DNA of 64,000 bases from the NCBI GenBank assembly GCA_963815115.1, contig CAWFFN010000008.1, positions 640,001 through 704,000 of the forward strand, in the 5' to 3' direction. A program made the position numbers and the translations under genes. The DNA is from an uncultured delta proteobacterium (lineage in GTDB: Bacteria > Desulfobacterota > Binatia > DP-6). The notes under the pieces were generated by a model. It was given only the letters and a program-made list of their open reading frames with translations, did not search any database and was not told the origin of the DNA. Below, in pieces: positions 29,489 through 40,079 of the stretch (positions are counted from its first letter, which is position 1; each line of letters begins with the position of its first letter).

Positions 29489-30507
29489 GCGCGCTCACCA
29501 TCGTCTCCCTGAACACCGCGCAGCGCGACGAGCTCTTCGCCCCGGTCCGCGCCATCGAGGGCGTCGAGCTCGTGCACGCCGATCATCGCGTGTCGTGGGA
29601 GGAGATCTCCGCCCGCCGGGCGGGACGAGCACAGCCCGAGCCCGAGCCGATCGCGGACGACCTGCGCCCGACGCTGGCGCGCGCCGACGTCGTCTTCGGC
29701 TTCGTGATCCCGCGTGGCATCCTCGCCCTGGCGCCGCGCGTGCGCTGGATTGCCACCCCCGCCACCGGCATCGACCACCTGCGCGGCACCGGCGTGCTGG
29801 AGGGCACGGTTCCGGTCACGACCGTGGGCGGCCTCTTCGGTCCCCTCATCGCGGAGCACGTGTTCGCCGTCATGCTGGCCGTCGCGAAGCGCCTGCCGCA
29901 CTTCGCGGCGCAGCAGCGAACCCGCACCTGGCAGATGTCGCGCGTGGCGGCGCTCGAGGGCCGCACCGTGGGCCTGGTCGGCGTGGGCGCCATCGGCAGC
30001 GCCGTCGCGGTGCGCGCGAAGGCATTCGGGATGCGCACGCTCGGCGTCGGCCGCTGCGATCCGCGCGGCCGCAGCGTCGCCGGAGTGGACCGGCTCCTCG
30101 GGCGCGACGAGCTGGCGACTCTGCTCGCCGAATCGGACTGGGTGGTCGTCGCCGCCGCCGACACCCCGGAGACGCGCGGCATGATCGGCACGGCGGAGCT
30201 CGCGGTGATGAGGCCGGGCGCCGTGCTGGTGAACGTCGCGCGCGGCAGCCTGGTCGACGAGGCGGCGCTGGTGGACGGGCTTCGCGCCGGCCGCATCGCC
30301 GGCGCGGCGCTCGACGTCTTCGCCAGCGAGCCGCTGCCGCCCGGAAGCCCGCTCTGGGAGCTTCCCAACGTGCTGGTCACGCCGCACATCGCGACCAACG
30401 TGCCCGAGTATCTCGCGCGCGCCATCGAGCAGTTCGCCGTCAACGTGCACCGCTTCCTGGCGGGCGAGCCGCTGCTCAACCAGGTCGACCGGCGTCGCGG
30501 GTACTAG
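29485..30507 (+). CDS. D-2-hydroxyacid dehydrogenase
   Basis: Motifs GVGAIG, NVARGSLVDE, LDVFASEPL, TPH. GTGA overlap. Confidence 0.9.
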   Translation: MSALTIVSLNTAQRDELFAPVRAIEGVELVHADHRVSWEEISARRAGRAQPEPEPIADDLRPTLARADVVFGFVIPRGILALAPRVRWIATPATGIDHLRGTGVLEGTVPVTTVGGLFGPLIAEHVFAVMLAVAKRLPHFAAQQRTRTWQMSRVAALEGRTVGLVGVGAIGSAVAVRAKAFGMRTLGVGRCDPRGRSVAGVDRLLGRDELATLLAESDWVVVAAADTPETRGMIGTAELAVMRPGAVLVNVARGSLVDEAALVDGLRAGRIAGAALDVFASEPLPPGSPLWELPNVLVTPHIATNVPEYLARAIEQFAVNVHRFLAGEPLLNQVDRRRGY

Positions 30508-30546
30508 AGGGGCCCGCGGTGCCACATCCCGTGGCCACCGGGTGTC

Positions 30547-30579
30547 TTGCTCCTGTATGCAGGGCGATGCAGAATGCAG
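30547..30579 (+). promoter_or_regulatory. TA promoter with three ATGCAG direct repeats (probable antitoxin operator)
   Basis: TTGCTC-N17-CAGAAT. ATGCAG at 30557, 30567 and 30574. Confidence 0.5.
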
Positions 30580-30581
30580 CC

Positions 30582-30854
30582 ATGGCCAAGGACGCTGCCG
30601 TCACCGTTCGCCTGCCCCAGTCGCTCAAGCGGGCGCTCGAAGTGCGCGCGCGGCGCGAGCGCCGGTCCCTGTCGGCGCAGATCGCGGCATATCTCGAGCG
30701 CGGCGTGGCGGACGAGCCCGCCGTGGCAGATGCCCCGGGACGGCTCCTCGGTCTCTTCGAGGGGGGGCCCGTCCCGTCCGACGCGGACTTCACGCGCGTC
30801 CGCCGGCTGCTCTGGGGCTCGCTCGGCAAGCGACGGAGCCGCCGTGGGGCGTAG
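30582..30854 (+). CDS. Ribbon-helix-helix antitoxin (VapB-like)
   Basis: VTVRLPQSLKRALEVRARRERRSLSAQI. Overlaps the PIN gene. Confidence 0.8.
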   Translation: MAKDAAVTVRLPQSLKRALEVRARRERRSLSAQIAAYLERGVADEPAVADAPGRLLGLFEGGPVPSDADFTRVRRLLWGSLGKRRSRRGA

Positions 30855-31242
30855 ATACGTCGTCGATACGCACGCCCTCGTCTTCATGCTGACGGCGCCG
30901 CGGAAGCTGGGGACAGACGCGCGTGCAGCGCTCGGACGGGTCGAGGCGGGGCGCGACCAGGCGTTCGTCCCGGCTGCCGTCGTGACAGAGATCCTCATCC
31001 TCCGCGACCTCGGCCGCGTACGCGTCGGCCTGCCGGAGCTCCGCAAGGCCACGGAGTCGGCGCCGGGCCTCCGCTTCCTGCCCCTCGATCTCCCGCAGCT
31101 CGATCACTTCGCCGCCCTCGTCGCGCTCCGCGACCCCTTCGACCGGCTCATCGTCTCGGCGGCACGGGCGATGGGCGCTGCACTGGTCACTCGCGACGGC
31201 GACATCGCCGAGAGCGGCCTGGTCGAGACCGTCTGGTCCTAG
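30844..31242 (+). CDS. vapC: PIN-domain toxin
   Basis: Motifs YVVDTHAL, VTE, RDPFDRLIVSAA, LVTRD. Confidence 0.88.
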   Translation: MGRRYVVDTHALVFMLTAPRKLGTDARAALGRVEAGRDQAFVPAAVVTEILILRDLGRVRVGLPELRKATESAPGLRFLPLDLPQLDHFAALVALRDPFDRLIVSAARAMGAALVTRDGDIAESGLVETVWS

Positions 31243-31249
31243 GAGGCGG

Positions 31250-32767
31250 CTACCCGCCAGCACGCAGCGCGCGCAGGAACGCCCTGCCGTAGCGGGCGAG
31301 CTTCGCCGGCCCCACGCCGGAGACGGCGAGCAGCCCGGCCTCGTCGGTCGGCCGCGCCGCGGCCATGCGGGCGAGGACCGCGTCGCTGAAGACGATGTAG
31401 GCGGGCACGCCCTCGGCCTCGGCGAGGCTGCGGCGCAGCACGCGCAGGCGTTCGAAGAGCTCGCCGTCCGGGGCGCCCGGAAGAGCGCCGGCCACGGACG
31501 CGGCCGGCCGCACCAGATCGGCGAGCGACGTCCCGCGGCAGCAATCGCACGCCGAGCCGCAGGCGGCGATGTCCTCGTCGAAGTAACGCACGAGCCGCTG
31601 CCAGCGGCATCCCGGCGCCTCGGCAAGCTCGAACATGGCGACGCTCTTGGCGCGCGCCGTCCGGCGTGCCACCGGATCGTCCAGCGATTCCTGCATGCGC
31701 TGGTGGCCGATGACGTCGGCCCACGAGTAGAGCAGCACGCAGTCGCTCGGCAGCCCGTCGCGCCCTGCCCGCCCGATCTCCTGGTACCAGCTCTCGATCG
31801 ATCGCGGCAGCTCGCGATGGATCACGTAGCGCACGTTCGACTTGTCGATCCCCATCCCGAACGCGATGGTCGCGACGACGACGTCCACCTCGTCGCGCGC
31901 GAAGGCGTCCTGGTGGCGGGCGCGCACGGCATCGTCCAGGCCGGCGTGATACGGCACGGCACGCACGCCCGCGCCGCGGAGGAACTCGGCCAGCGACTCG
32001 ACGTTGCGACGGCTGAGCGTGTAGACGATGCCGCTCTCGCCCCGGCGGCGGCGGATGTAGCTCAGCAGGTCCTTGCGCGAGCCGCCGCCGTCGCCTTTCT
32101 TGTGCGCGGTGAGCACCAGGTTGGGCCGGTGGAACGTTCCCTTGAAGCCGTCCGGCTTCACCATGCCGAGCTGGCGGATGATGTCGCCCACGACCGGCCG
32201 CGTGGCGGTGGCGGTCAGCGCCAGGATGGGCACGCCGCCCAGCTCCGACTTGAGCCCGCGCAACCGGCGGTACGCCGGCCGGAAGTCGTGTCCCCACTCC
32301 GAGATGCAGTGCGCCTCGTCGACCGCGACGAGCGCCACGCGCACCCCGCCGAGCACGCCGCGCAGGCTGCCCTCGAGTCCCTCGGGGGCAACGTAGACGA
32401 GCTCGTACTCTCCGCGCCGCAGGCGCCGGATGCGCTCGTACCTGGTGGGACCGTCGAGCGTCGAGTTCAGCACCGTCGCCCGGAAGCCGGTGCGTTCGAG
32501 CGCGTCGACCTGGTCCTTCATCAATGAGATGAGGGGGCTCACCACCACGACGGTGCCGTCGAGGATGCGCGCGGGAATCTGGTAGGTCAGCGACTTGCCA
32601 GCGCCGGTCGGCATGACGCCGATGCAGTCGCGGCCACCGAGCACGGTGGTGATGATCTTCTCCTGCCCCGGGCGGAAGTCGGCAAACCCGAAGACGTCGC
32701 GCAGGACGTCACGAGGCACGGGGCGCGGGCCGGTCGGATGCGCGTCGATGGGACGGCTCGATAGCAC
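31250..32767 (-). CDS. recQ: RecQ family DNA helicase with HRDC
   Basis: Motifs PTGAGKS, DEAHCISEWGHDFRP, TATA, AFGMGIDK, QEIGRAGRDG, Zn-binding Cys, HRDC (VPAYIVFSD). Confidence 0.93.
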   Translation of the reverse strand: MLSSRPIDAHPTGPRPVPRDVLRDVFGFADFRPGQEKIITTVLGGRDCIGVMPTGAGKSLTYQIPARILDGTVVVVSPLISLMKDQVDALERTGFRATVLNSTLDGPTRYERIRRLRRGEYELVYVAPEGLEGSLRGVLGGVRVALVAVDEAHCISEWGHDFRPAYRRLRGLKSELGGVPILALTATATRPVVGDIIRQLGMVKPDGFKGTFHRPNLVLTAHKKGDGGGSRKDLLSYIRRRRGESGIVYTLSRRNVESLAEFLRGAGVRAVPYHAGLDDAVRARHQDAFARDEVDVVVATIAFGMGIDKSNVRYVIHRELPRSIESWYQEIGRAGRDGLPSDCVLLYSWADVIGHQRMQESLDDPVARRTARAKSVAMFELAEAPGCRWQRLVRYFDEDIAACGSACDCCRGTSLADLVRPAASVAGALPGAPDGELFERLRVLRRSLAEAEGVPAYIVFSDAVLARMAAARPTDEAGLLAVSGVGPAKLARYGRAFLRALRAGG

Positions 32768-32820
32768 GCCGTCCCGGACGGAAACAGTGCGACGACGATC
32801 GAGGCACCGTCATCGGGGCA

Positions 32821-32856
32821 CGCGACGCCGGCATCCCCGGATATGCCGGCGTCGCG
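32821..32856. terminator. GC-rich hairpin downstream of the EF-hand gene
   Basis: Perfect 14-bp stem CGCGACGCCGGCAT/ATGCCGGCGTCGCG. No clear U-tract. Confidence 0.4.
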
Positions 32857-32900
32857 CGAGATCTGTGCTGCCCCGCTACGGGACAGCGCTCAGACCTTCG

Positions 32901-33182
32901 TCAGAAGGGGACTTCCTGCTTGCGACGCTCGCGGTGCGCCTGGCGAGCCTGGTCGATCTCCTGCTGCGTCACCTGACCGTCCTTGTTGGCGTCGAGCTTG
33001 TTGAACCGCTCGGCGGCGCGGGCCTGGCAAGCGCCCGTCACCTCGTCGAGCGTGATGACGCCGTTGCCGTCCTTGTCCATCTCCTGGAACGTCGGGCGGT
33101 GATGGTAGCCGTGGGCGAATGCGGTCGTCGCACCAACGAGGGCGGCGACGCCGAGCATCGGAACGATGAAACGCGGCTTCAT
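32901..33182 (-). CDS. Secreted EF-hand protein
   Basis: Signal peptide (..TAFA), two EF-hand loops DKDGNGVITLDE and DANKDGQVTQQE, GGAGGAG RBS. Confidence 0.85.
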   Translation of the reverse strand: MKPRFIVPMLGVAALVGATTAFAHGYHHRPTFQEMDKDGNGVITLDEVTGACQARAAERFNKLDANKDGQVTQQEIDQARQAHRERRKQEVPF

Positions 33183-33236
33183 GGTTGACTCCTCCGTATC
33201 CATGTGAACGCGTGAATGCGTTCGACGTGATCCGCT

Positions 33237-33252
33237 AGCGAGCACCGTGCCA
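33237..33252 (-). promoter_or_regulatory. sigma-54 (-24/-12) promoter of the EF-hand gene
   Basis: TGGCACGGTGCTCGCT, which matches GG-N10-GC. Confidence 0.75.
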
Positions 33253-33463
33253 TCACCGCCCGGAGCGCGCGGGCAGGTTCGCGGGACGTACCGGGCGTGC
33301 GGGGCTTGCACCGGTGGCGTGCGGGATCCGCAGGGCGATGACCGAGAACCCGCGAGGCCGGCTGCGCCGTACGCCGGCACGTGTCTTGCGTGAGGAACAT
33401 CGCCGTCAGGTCCGGGCGATGGACCGGCGCTGGCGGTTCTGCCAAGGCTCTCGCCGGAATTGC

Positions 33464-34744
33464 ATGGCCTCGCCGGATCACTCGGAGACCACTCGCTCGC
33501 TGCGCCGGGTCCGCTGGGCCCAGATCCTGGTGTACCTCGCGATCGGGCTGGCGCTCGTCGGGACCGCCGTCCAGAGCTACGTCAGCGTGCAGCGCGCGGC
33601 CAACACCGTCGCGATCGCGCAGGGGCGCCGGCTGCTTCGCGTCGTGCGCCGGAGTCTCGGGCCACCGCTTCCGGTGGGCCGGGAGCAGCTCGAGCGCGTG
33701 CTCGGCATGCACGAGGACCTCGGCCTGCGCTGCATCGGCATGCCGGACGACGCCGGCGGTCCACCCCTCGTCGCCGGCGACTGCAAGCTCTCGACTGAAG
33801 AGATCACCCACGCGCTGGACGATCCTCCGCCCCTGGGCGTCATGCGGATCGACCGCAACGTGGGCATGGTCGCCGGCCGTCCGCGCTGGCGACACGGGTT
33901 CGGCGGCGCGCCGCCGGCGGCGGCTCGCTGGGGCGGCCGGCGGCCCGTCCTGATCGTCTTCGAGCCGCTCGAAGCCCATGCGCTCCAGCGCTCGGTCACG
34001 CGCAGCCTCATCGTGGCTCTGGCCGCGCTGGCCGCGCTGATCGCGGCCGCCATCGTGCTGTGGCGGCTCTCGCGCCGCGCCGAGCAGCTGCAGGAGGCGG
34101 CCGAGCGCGATCGCCGCCTGGTCACGCTCGGCGAGATGTCCGCCGTGCTCGCGCACGAGATCCGCAACCCGCTCGCCGCGCTGAAGGGCCACGCCCAGCT
34201 CCTCCTCGAGCGCCTGGACGATGCGGGCGCGCCGCGCGAGAAGGCCGCGCGCGTCGTCGCCGAGGCGCAGCGCCTCGAGCGGCTCACCGAGGATCTTCTG
34301 AGCTTCGTGCGCTCGAGCCAGGTGACGCCCGTGCCGGTCGACCCGGCCGCGGTGCTGCGCGATGCCGTGCGCGACGTCGACGCCGCGCACATCGACGTCG
34401 ATACCGGCGCAGCGCCGTCGAGCTGGCGGCTCGACCCGGCGCGCATGCATCAGGCGCTGGTCAACCTGCTGCGCAACGCGGTGGAAGCGTCGCCGGCCGG
34501 CACGCGCGCCGTGGCCAGCGTGGCCCGCGAGGGCGACGCCCTCGGCTTTCGCGTGCGCGATCGGGGCGCGGGCCTGCCGCCGGGAGACGACGAGCGCATC
34601 TTCGAGCCCTTCTACACCACGCGCGCGCAGGGCACCGGGCTCGGCCTGGCAGTCGCCCGGCGCATCGTCGAGCTGCACGGTGGTGCGGTCACCGCGCACA
34701 CGCATCCGGAGGGTGGCGCAGAGTTTCGGGTCGTGATTCCCTGA
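33464..34744 (+). CDS. Sensor histidine kinase
   Basis: Two TMs, [30 protein letters not shown]. Confidence 0.93.
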   Translation: MASPDHSETTRSLRRVRWAQILVYLAIGLALVGTAVQSYVSVQRAANTVAIAQGRRLLRVVRRSLGPPLPVGREQLERVLGMHEDLGLRCIGMPDDAGGPPLVAGDCKLSTEEITHALDDPPPLGVMRIDRNVGMVAGRPRWRHGFGGAPPAAARWGGRRPVLIVFEPLEAHALQRSVTRSLIVALAALAALIAAAIVLWRLSRRAEQLQEAAERDRRLVTLGEMSAVLAHEIRNPLAALKGHAQLLLERLDDAGAPREKAARVVAEAQRLERLTEDLLSFVRSSQVTPVPVDPAAVLRDAVRDVDAAHIDVDTGAAPSSWRLDPARMHQALVNLLRNAVEASPAGTRAVASVAREGDALGFRVRDRGAGLPPGDDERIFEPFYTTRAQGTGLGLAVARRIVELHGGAVTAHTHPEGGAEFRVVIP

Positions 34745-34755
34745 GCTGCGGAGCA

Positions 34756-36087
<1,332 letters not shown>

Positions 36088-36094
36088 GAGCGGC

Positions 36095-36221
36095 GTCGAG
36101 GCGGGAATCCCGCTCGCTCGCGGTCCTCGGCGCACGCGCGCCTCGGACGCGAGGCGTCCCCCCGATGACCGCGGGCGCGCGCGGCGCCTGCGGGCTCGCT
36201 CGTCGGGACTCCCGCCTCGAC
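36095..36221. repeat. MITE/REPIN-like intergenic element with 18-bp terminal inverted repeats
   Basis: GTCGAGGCGGGAATCCCG (36095-36112) versus CGGGACTCCCGCCTCGAC (36204-36221), one mismatch. Internal hairpins and two GCTCGCTCG motifs. Confidence 0.55.
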
Positions 36222-36248
36222 TTGGCCCGACGGGAGCACGTAGCCGCC

Positions 36249-38126
36249 TCAGGCGGCGGCGCCGTCGCCGAGGTACTCGAGCCGCCAGAGCTCGAAGGCA
36301 AGCAGCGACCAGAGCGACTTGCGATGGTCGCGGGCGCCGCTGAGGTGGGCGTCGACGAGCCGGCCGACCGCGGCCGGATCGAACAGGCCGCCGCGTCGCA
36401 GGCGCTCCGGCTCCAGGACCTCGCGCACGAAGCCGGCGAGCGGACCGCGGAACCACTCGCCCAACGGCACCCCGAAACCCTGCTTGCCGCGCCGGACGAT
36501 CTCCGGCGGCAAGCGATCGGCCAGAGCCCGCTTGAGGAGCTGCTTCAGGCTCTTGAAGCCGCCGAGCTTGAGCGAGGACGGGATGCGGCCCATGAACTCG
36601 ACGAAGGTGTGGTCGAGAAACGGAGCCCGCAGCTCGAGGCCGGTCGCCATGCTGGCGCGATCGCTGTTCACCAGGTTCTGTCCGGCCAGGTAGAGCTTGC
36701 AGTACCGATAGATGAGGCGGTCGGTGGCGCCCTCGGCGGCGCACGACGCCAGCACGGCGGCGACGTCGCCGTACCAGTCGAAGAGCCCGAGGCGCGCTCG
36801 CACGTCGCGCGACAGCAGCGCGGCGCCGCGGGCGGGCGGGATGCCGCCGATCAGGGCCTGGTTGCAGGCGTCGGGATGGTACGCGGTCGCGGCGATGAAC
36901 TCGCCCAGGGGTGCCGCGGCGTGCGGCAGGACCCGTGCACCACGACGCAGCATCCCGAGGAGGCCGCGGGGCAGCCCGCCTGCCGCGCGCTGCCACCAGT
37001 CGGCCGCCATCGTGGGATAGCCGGCGAAGAGCTCGTCGCCGCCGTCGCCGGTGAGCGAGACGGTGACCGTCCGGCGCGCCGCACACGAGAGGAGGTGCAG
37101 GGGCACGAAGCTCATGTCGGCGAGGGGCTCGTCGAGCAGGCGGCCGAGCCGCGCGAGCACGCCGGCCGCGTCGCCGGCCGTGACCACCAGCTCCTCGTGC
37201 CGCGTCCCGAAGTGCCGGGCCACGATCCGCGCCCACGGACGTTCGTCATGGCGCGAGCCGTCGTAGCCCACCGAGAAGGTGCGGATGCCGCTGCGCTGGC
37301 GCGCCGCTGTACCCGCCACCACCGTCGAGTCGATGCCGCCGCTCACGAAGCAGCCGACCGGCACGTCGCTCACCAGCCGGAGCGCCACCGACCGATCGAA
37401 GCGATGCGCAATCTCCTCGAGCCAGTCGCGCTCGTCGACCATCGGCTCGGGCCGAAACGGGATGTCCCAGTAGCGCCGCACGGCGATCCCCCGGGCGTCG
37501 GCGGAGAGCGTGTGGCCGGGCGGCAGCTTGTGCACGCCGAGCAGGATCGAGTGCGGATCGGGCACGTAGTCGAAGGCCAGGTAGCGAGCCAGCCCCTCGA
37601 GGTCGAGGCGCGCGGACACGGCAGGATGCGCGAGCAGCGCCCGGAGCTCGGAGGCGAACACGAGCGTGTTGCCCGCCATCGTGTAGCACAGCGGCTTCTC
37701 CCCCATGCGGTCGCGGGCGAGGAAGAGCTGCTCGCGCCGCGCGTCCCACAGCGCGAGCGCGAACATGCCGTTCAGCCGCTCGACCGAGGCGGCGCCCTCC
37801 TCTTCCCACGCGTGCGCCACGACCTCCGTGTCCGAGCGCGATCGGAAGCGATGGCCGCGGGCCTCGAGCTCCGCGCGACGGGCGGCGAAGTCGTAGATCT
37901 CGCCGTTCAGCACGACGGTGACGGCCCCGTCCTCGCAGGCGATCGGCTGATCGCCGGTCTCGAGGTCGATGACGCGCAGCCGTGCAACACCGAGGGCCAC
38001 CCGGCCTTCGACGTGGTAGCCCATGGCGTCGGGGCCGCGATGGCTCAGTGCGGCCACCATGCGGGAGAGGATCTCCGGATCGGCACGCTCGCCGGGAGGC
38101 GTCACGAAGCCCGCGATGCCGCACAT
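36249..38126 (-). CDS. asnB: Asparagine synthase (glutamine-hydrolysing) family amidotransferase
   Basis: Motifs MCGIAG, HRGPD, RDRMGEKPL, SGGIDS, TGDGGDELFAGY, RAPFLD, KQGF. Confidence 0.93.
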   Translation of the reverse strand: MCGIAGFVTPPGERADPEILSRMVAALSHRGPDAMGYHVEGRVALGVARLRVIDLETGDQPIACEDGAVTVVLNGEIYDFAARRAELEARGHRFRSRSDTEVVAHAWEEEGAASVERLNGMFALALWDARREQLFLARDRMGEKPLCYTMAGNTLVFASELRALLAHPAVSARLDLEGLARYLAFDYVPDPHSILLGVHKLPPGHTLSADARGIAVRRYWDIPFRPEPMVDERDWLEEIAHRFDRSVALRLVSDVPVGCFVSGGIDSTVVAGTAARQRSGIRTFSVGYDGSRHDERPWARIVARHFGTRHEELVVTAGDAAGVLARLGRLLDEPLADMSFVPLHLLSCAARRTVTVSLTGDGGDELFAGYPTMAADWWQRAAGGLPRGLLGMLRRGARVLPHAAAPLGEFIAATAYHPDACNQALIGGIPPARGAALLSRDVRARLGLFDWYGDVAAVLASCAAEGATDRLIYRYCKLYLAGQNLVNSDRASMATGLELRAPFLDHTFVEFMGRIPSSLKLGGFKSLKQLLKRALADRLPPEIVRRGKQGFGVPLGEWFRGPLAGFVREVLEPERLRRGGLFDPAAVGRLVDAHLSGARDHRKSLWSLLAFELWRLEYLGDGAAA

Positions 38127-38130
38127 GCGC

Positions 38131-39129
38131 TCAGGTCTCCGAGACCGGGACCATCGCCTGCGACGGACGTGGCGACCCGGCCAGCAGGAGCAGCCCGACC
38201 CCGGTCCAGGTGGCCTCGCGCACCCGCCGCACGAGGCTGAGCGACAGTCCGGCGGTGGCGCTCAGTCCGAGCGCAACGCAGGCGGCAACCGTCCCTCCCT
38301 CTGCCACGCCGATCTGCGCCGGCACGAAGAAGGCGGCGAATCGCACGCCCGTGCCGAAGGCCTCGATCACGAGCGCCGTCGGAACCGAGACCGGCGCTCC
38401 CAGGAAGCGCAGGATGAGCCAGGTCTCGGCCGCGCTGGCGAGCCAGCCGAGAACGTTGCACGCGATCGAGAGCGCGAAGCGTCCCGGCCGCCTGCGGTAG
38501 AACACCGCCAGGCCGCGATCGACCTCCTCCGCCGCCGCTCCGGCGCGCTCCCCGGTGCGGAAGCCGAAGCGCCGGAGGATGCGCTCGCCGCCGCCGACGA
38601 CTCCCACCATCTGCACGGCAAGGAACCCGATCACCGCCAGTGCCTCCAGCACCAGCAGCCACTCCATGGCGCGGACGAGCGGCGTGTCGAGCGCCAGCGA
38701 TCGGCGCGCGACCACGACGCCGAGGGCGAGGAACAGCCCCTGCGACGCCACCATCGTGGTCTTGACGACGATCAGCGAGACCAGGGTCTCGCGAGCCCTC
38801 ACTCGATCGCGCAGCAACCACGCCTTCACGGCGTCGCCGCCCAGCGTGCCGGTCGGCGTGGTCGCGGTGACCGCCTGACCGGCGATCCTGACCTTCATCA
38901 GGGTGAGCAGCGAGGGCGCATCGCCCGGGAAGGCCAGGCGCCACCCGAGCGTGTCGAACAGCTTGAAGACCAGGCACGGGAACACCAGGACGATGAGCAG
39001 CCGCCAGGAGAGGGTGCGGAACGACGACTGGATGCCCGCGAGACCGATGTCGGCGATCAGGTACGCGAAGAGAGCGGCGCCGAGGAGGAGCAGTGCTCCC
39101 TGCCACCAGCGCGTCGAGGGATGCCGCAC
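38131..39129 (-). CDS. Lysylphosphatidylglycerol synthase TM-region/flippase-like membrane protein
   Basis: Multiple TMs, TP...GGDAVKAWLL, VPAQIGVAEG. Start approximate. Confidence 0.8.
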   Translation of the reverse strand: MRHPSTRWWQGALLLLGAALFAYLIADIGLAGIQSSFRTLSWRLLIVLVFPCLVFKLFDTLGWRLAFPGDAPSLLTLMKVRIAGQAVTATTPTGTLGGDAVKAWLLRDRVRARETLVSLIVVKTTMVASQGLFLALGVVVARRSLALDTPLVRAMEWLLVLEALAVIGFLAVQMVGVVGGGERILRRFGFRTGERAGAAAEEVDRGLAVFYRRRPGRFALSIACNVLGWLASAAETWLILRFLGAPVSVPTALVIEAFGTGVRFAAFFVPAQIGVAEGGTVAACVALGLSATAGLSLSLVRRVREATWTGVGLLLLAGSPRPSQAMVPVSET

Positions 39130-39224
39130 TCCCCGGTCCCTATGCGACCGAGGCCCTCCGATCAACGGGGCCACGTTTGCCGCACCCGCCCGGGAGCGCG
39201 TAGCCTTCGCGCGAGCCGCGATCG

Positions 39225-40079
39225 ATGAGCAATCCGCCCGCGACGATCTCCTCCACGCTGCGCGCCGTGGTGACGCCTCTCCTCCACCCGCGCTTCTTCT
39301 TCGTCAACATCGGCGCCAACGACGGCGTCAGCAACGATCCGATCTATCCCTTTCTCCGCGAGCACGCCTGGCACGGCATCGTGGTCGAGCCGCTCGCGCC
39401 GATGCTCGACGAGCTGCGGCGCAACTACCGCGACTTCCCGGGGATCGTCTTCGAGCACGCCGCCATCGCCGCGACCCCGCGGCCGTTCCACCATCTCCCG
39501 GCGTCTTCGGGATACGAGCGCACCTGGACGAGGCAGGTCGGCACGCTCAACCCGGGGGCGCTCGCGAAGACCATCGACCTCATGCGGACCCACGAGTTCG
39601 ACGGCCCGGTGCCGCCGGACCTCGAACGGTCGGTCGCATCCATCGAGGTGCCGTGCCTCACCTTCGAGGCGCTCATGACGAAGCACCGTGTCGAGCGGGT
39701 CGACTTCCTGAGCATCGACGCCGAGAGCGCCGACTACGAGATCTTCTGCTCGATCGACCTCGACCGCTGGCGTCCCGCGATCCTCTGCATCGAGACGGGC
39801 GACATGAGCGAGCAGGAACGCGCCGACTTCGAGCGCCGCGTGCGAGCCGCCGGCTACGTCTTCCTGGAGCCGTTCGACTTCCTGACCGGCATCTACGTGC
39901 AGCGCGCCGCGGCGCCGCGCTGGCATGCGGTGACCAGGCTGCGCCGCCGGATCGGCGCCCGGCTGCGCGACGTCCTCGGGCGGGGGGGGCCGCCGGTCCC
40001 CGCCCGAGGAGAGCCGAGGGTCAGACGAGATCAAACGGCGAGGTCCGGCACGCCTAGCGAGCACAGCGGAAGCCGATGA
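39225..40079 (+). CDS. FkbM family methyltransferase
   Basis: Motifs NIGANDG, VEP, IDAESADYEI. The 3' tail overlaps the convergent gene. Confidence 0.85.
   Translation: MSNPPATISSTLRAVVTPLLHPRFFFVNIGANDGVSNDPIYPFLREHAWHGIVVEPLAPMLDELRRNYRDFPGIVFEHAAIAATPRPFHHLPASSGYERTWTRQVGTLNPGALAKTIDLMRTHEFDGPVPPDLERSVASIEVPCLTFEALMTKHRVERVDFLSIDAESADYEIFCSIDLDRWRPAILCIETGDMSEQERADFERRVRAAGYVFLEPFDFLTGIYVQRAAAPRWHAVTRLRRRIGARLRDVLGRGGPPVPARGEPRVRRDQTARSGTPSEHSGSR
39973..40010. repeat. 13-bp GC-rich inverted repeat downstream of the FGE/CLec gene
   Basis: TCCTCGGGCGGGG (39973-39985) and CCCCGCCCGAGGA (39998-40010). Confidence 0.6.

Noticed and set aside
36249-38126. asnB as a lasso-peptide cyclase
   Set aside because: It is full-length with an N-terminal Cys glutaminase domain, has no precursor or B protein nearby, and its neighbours suggest envelope modification.
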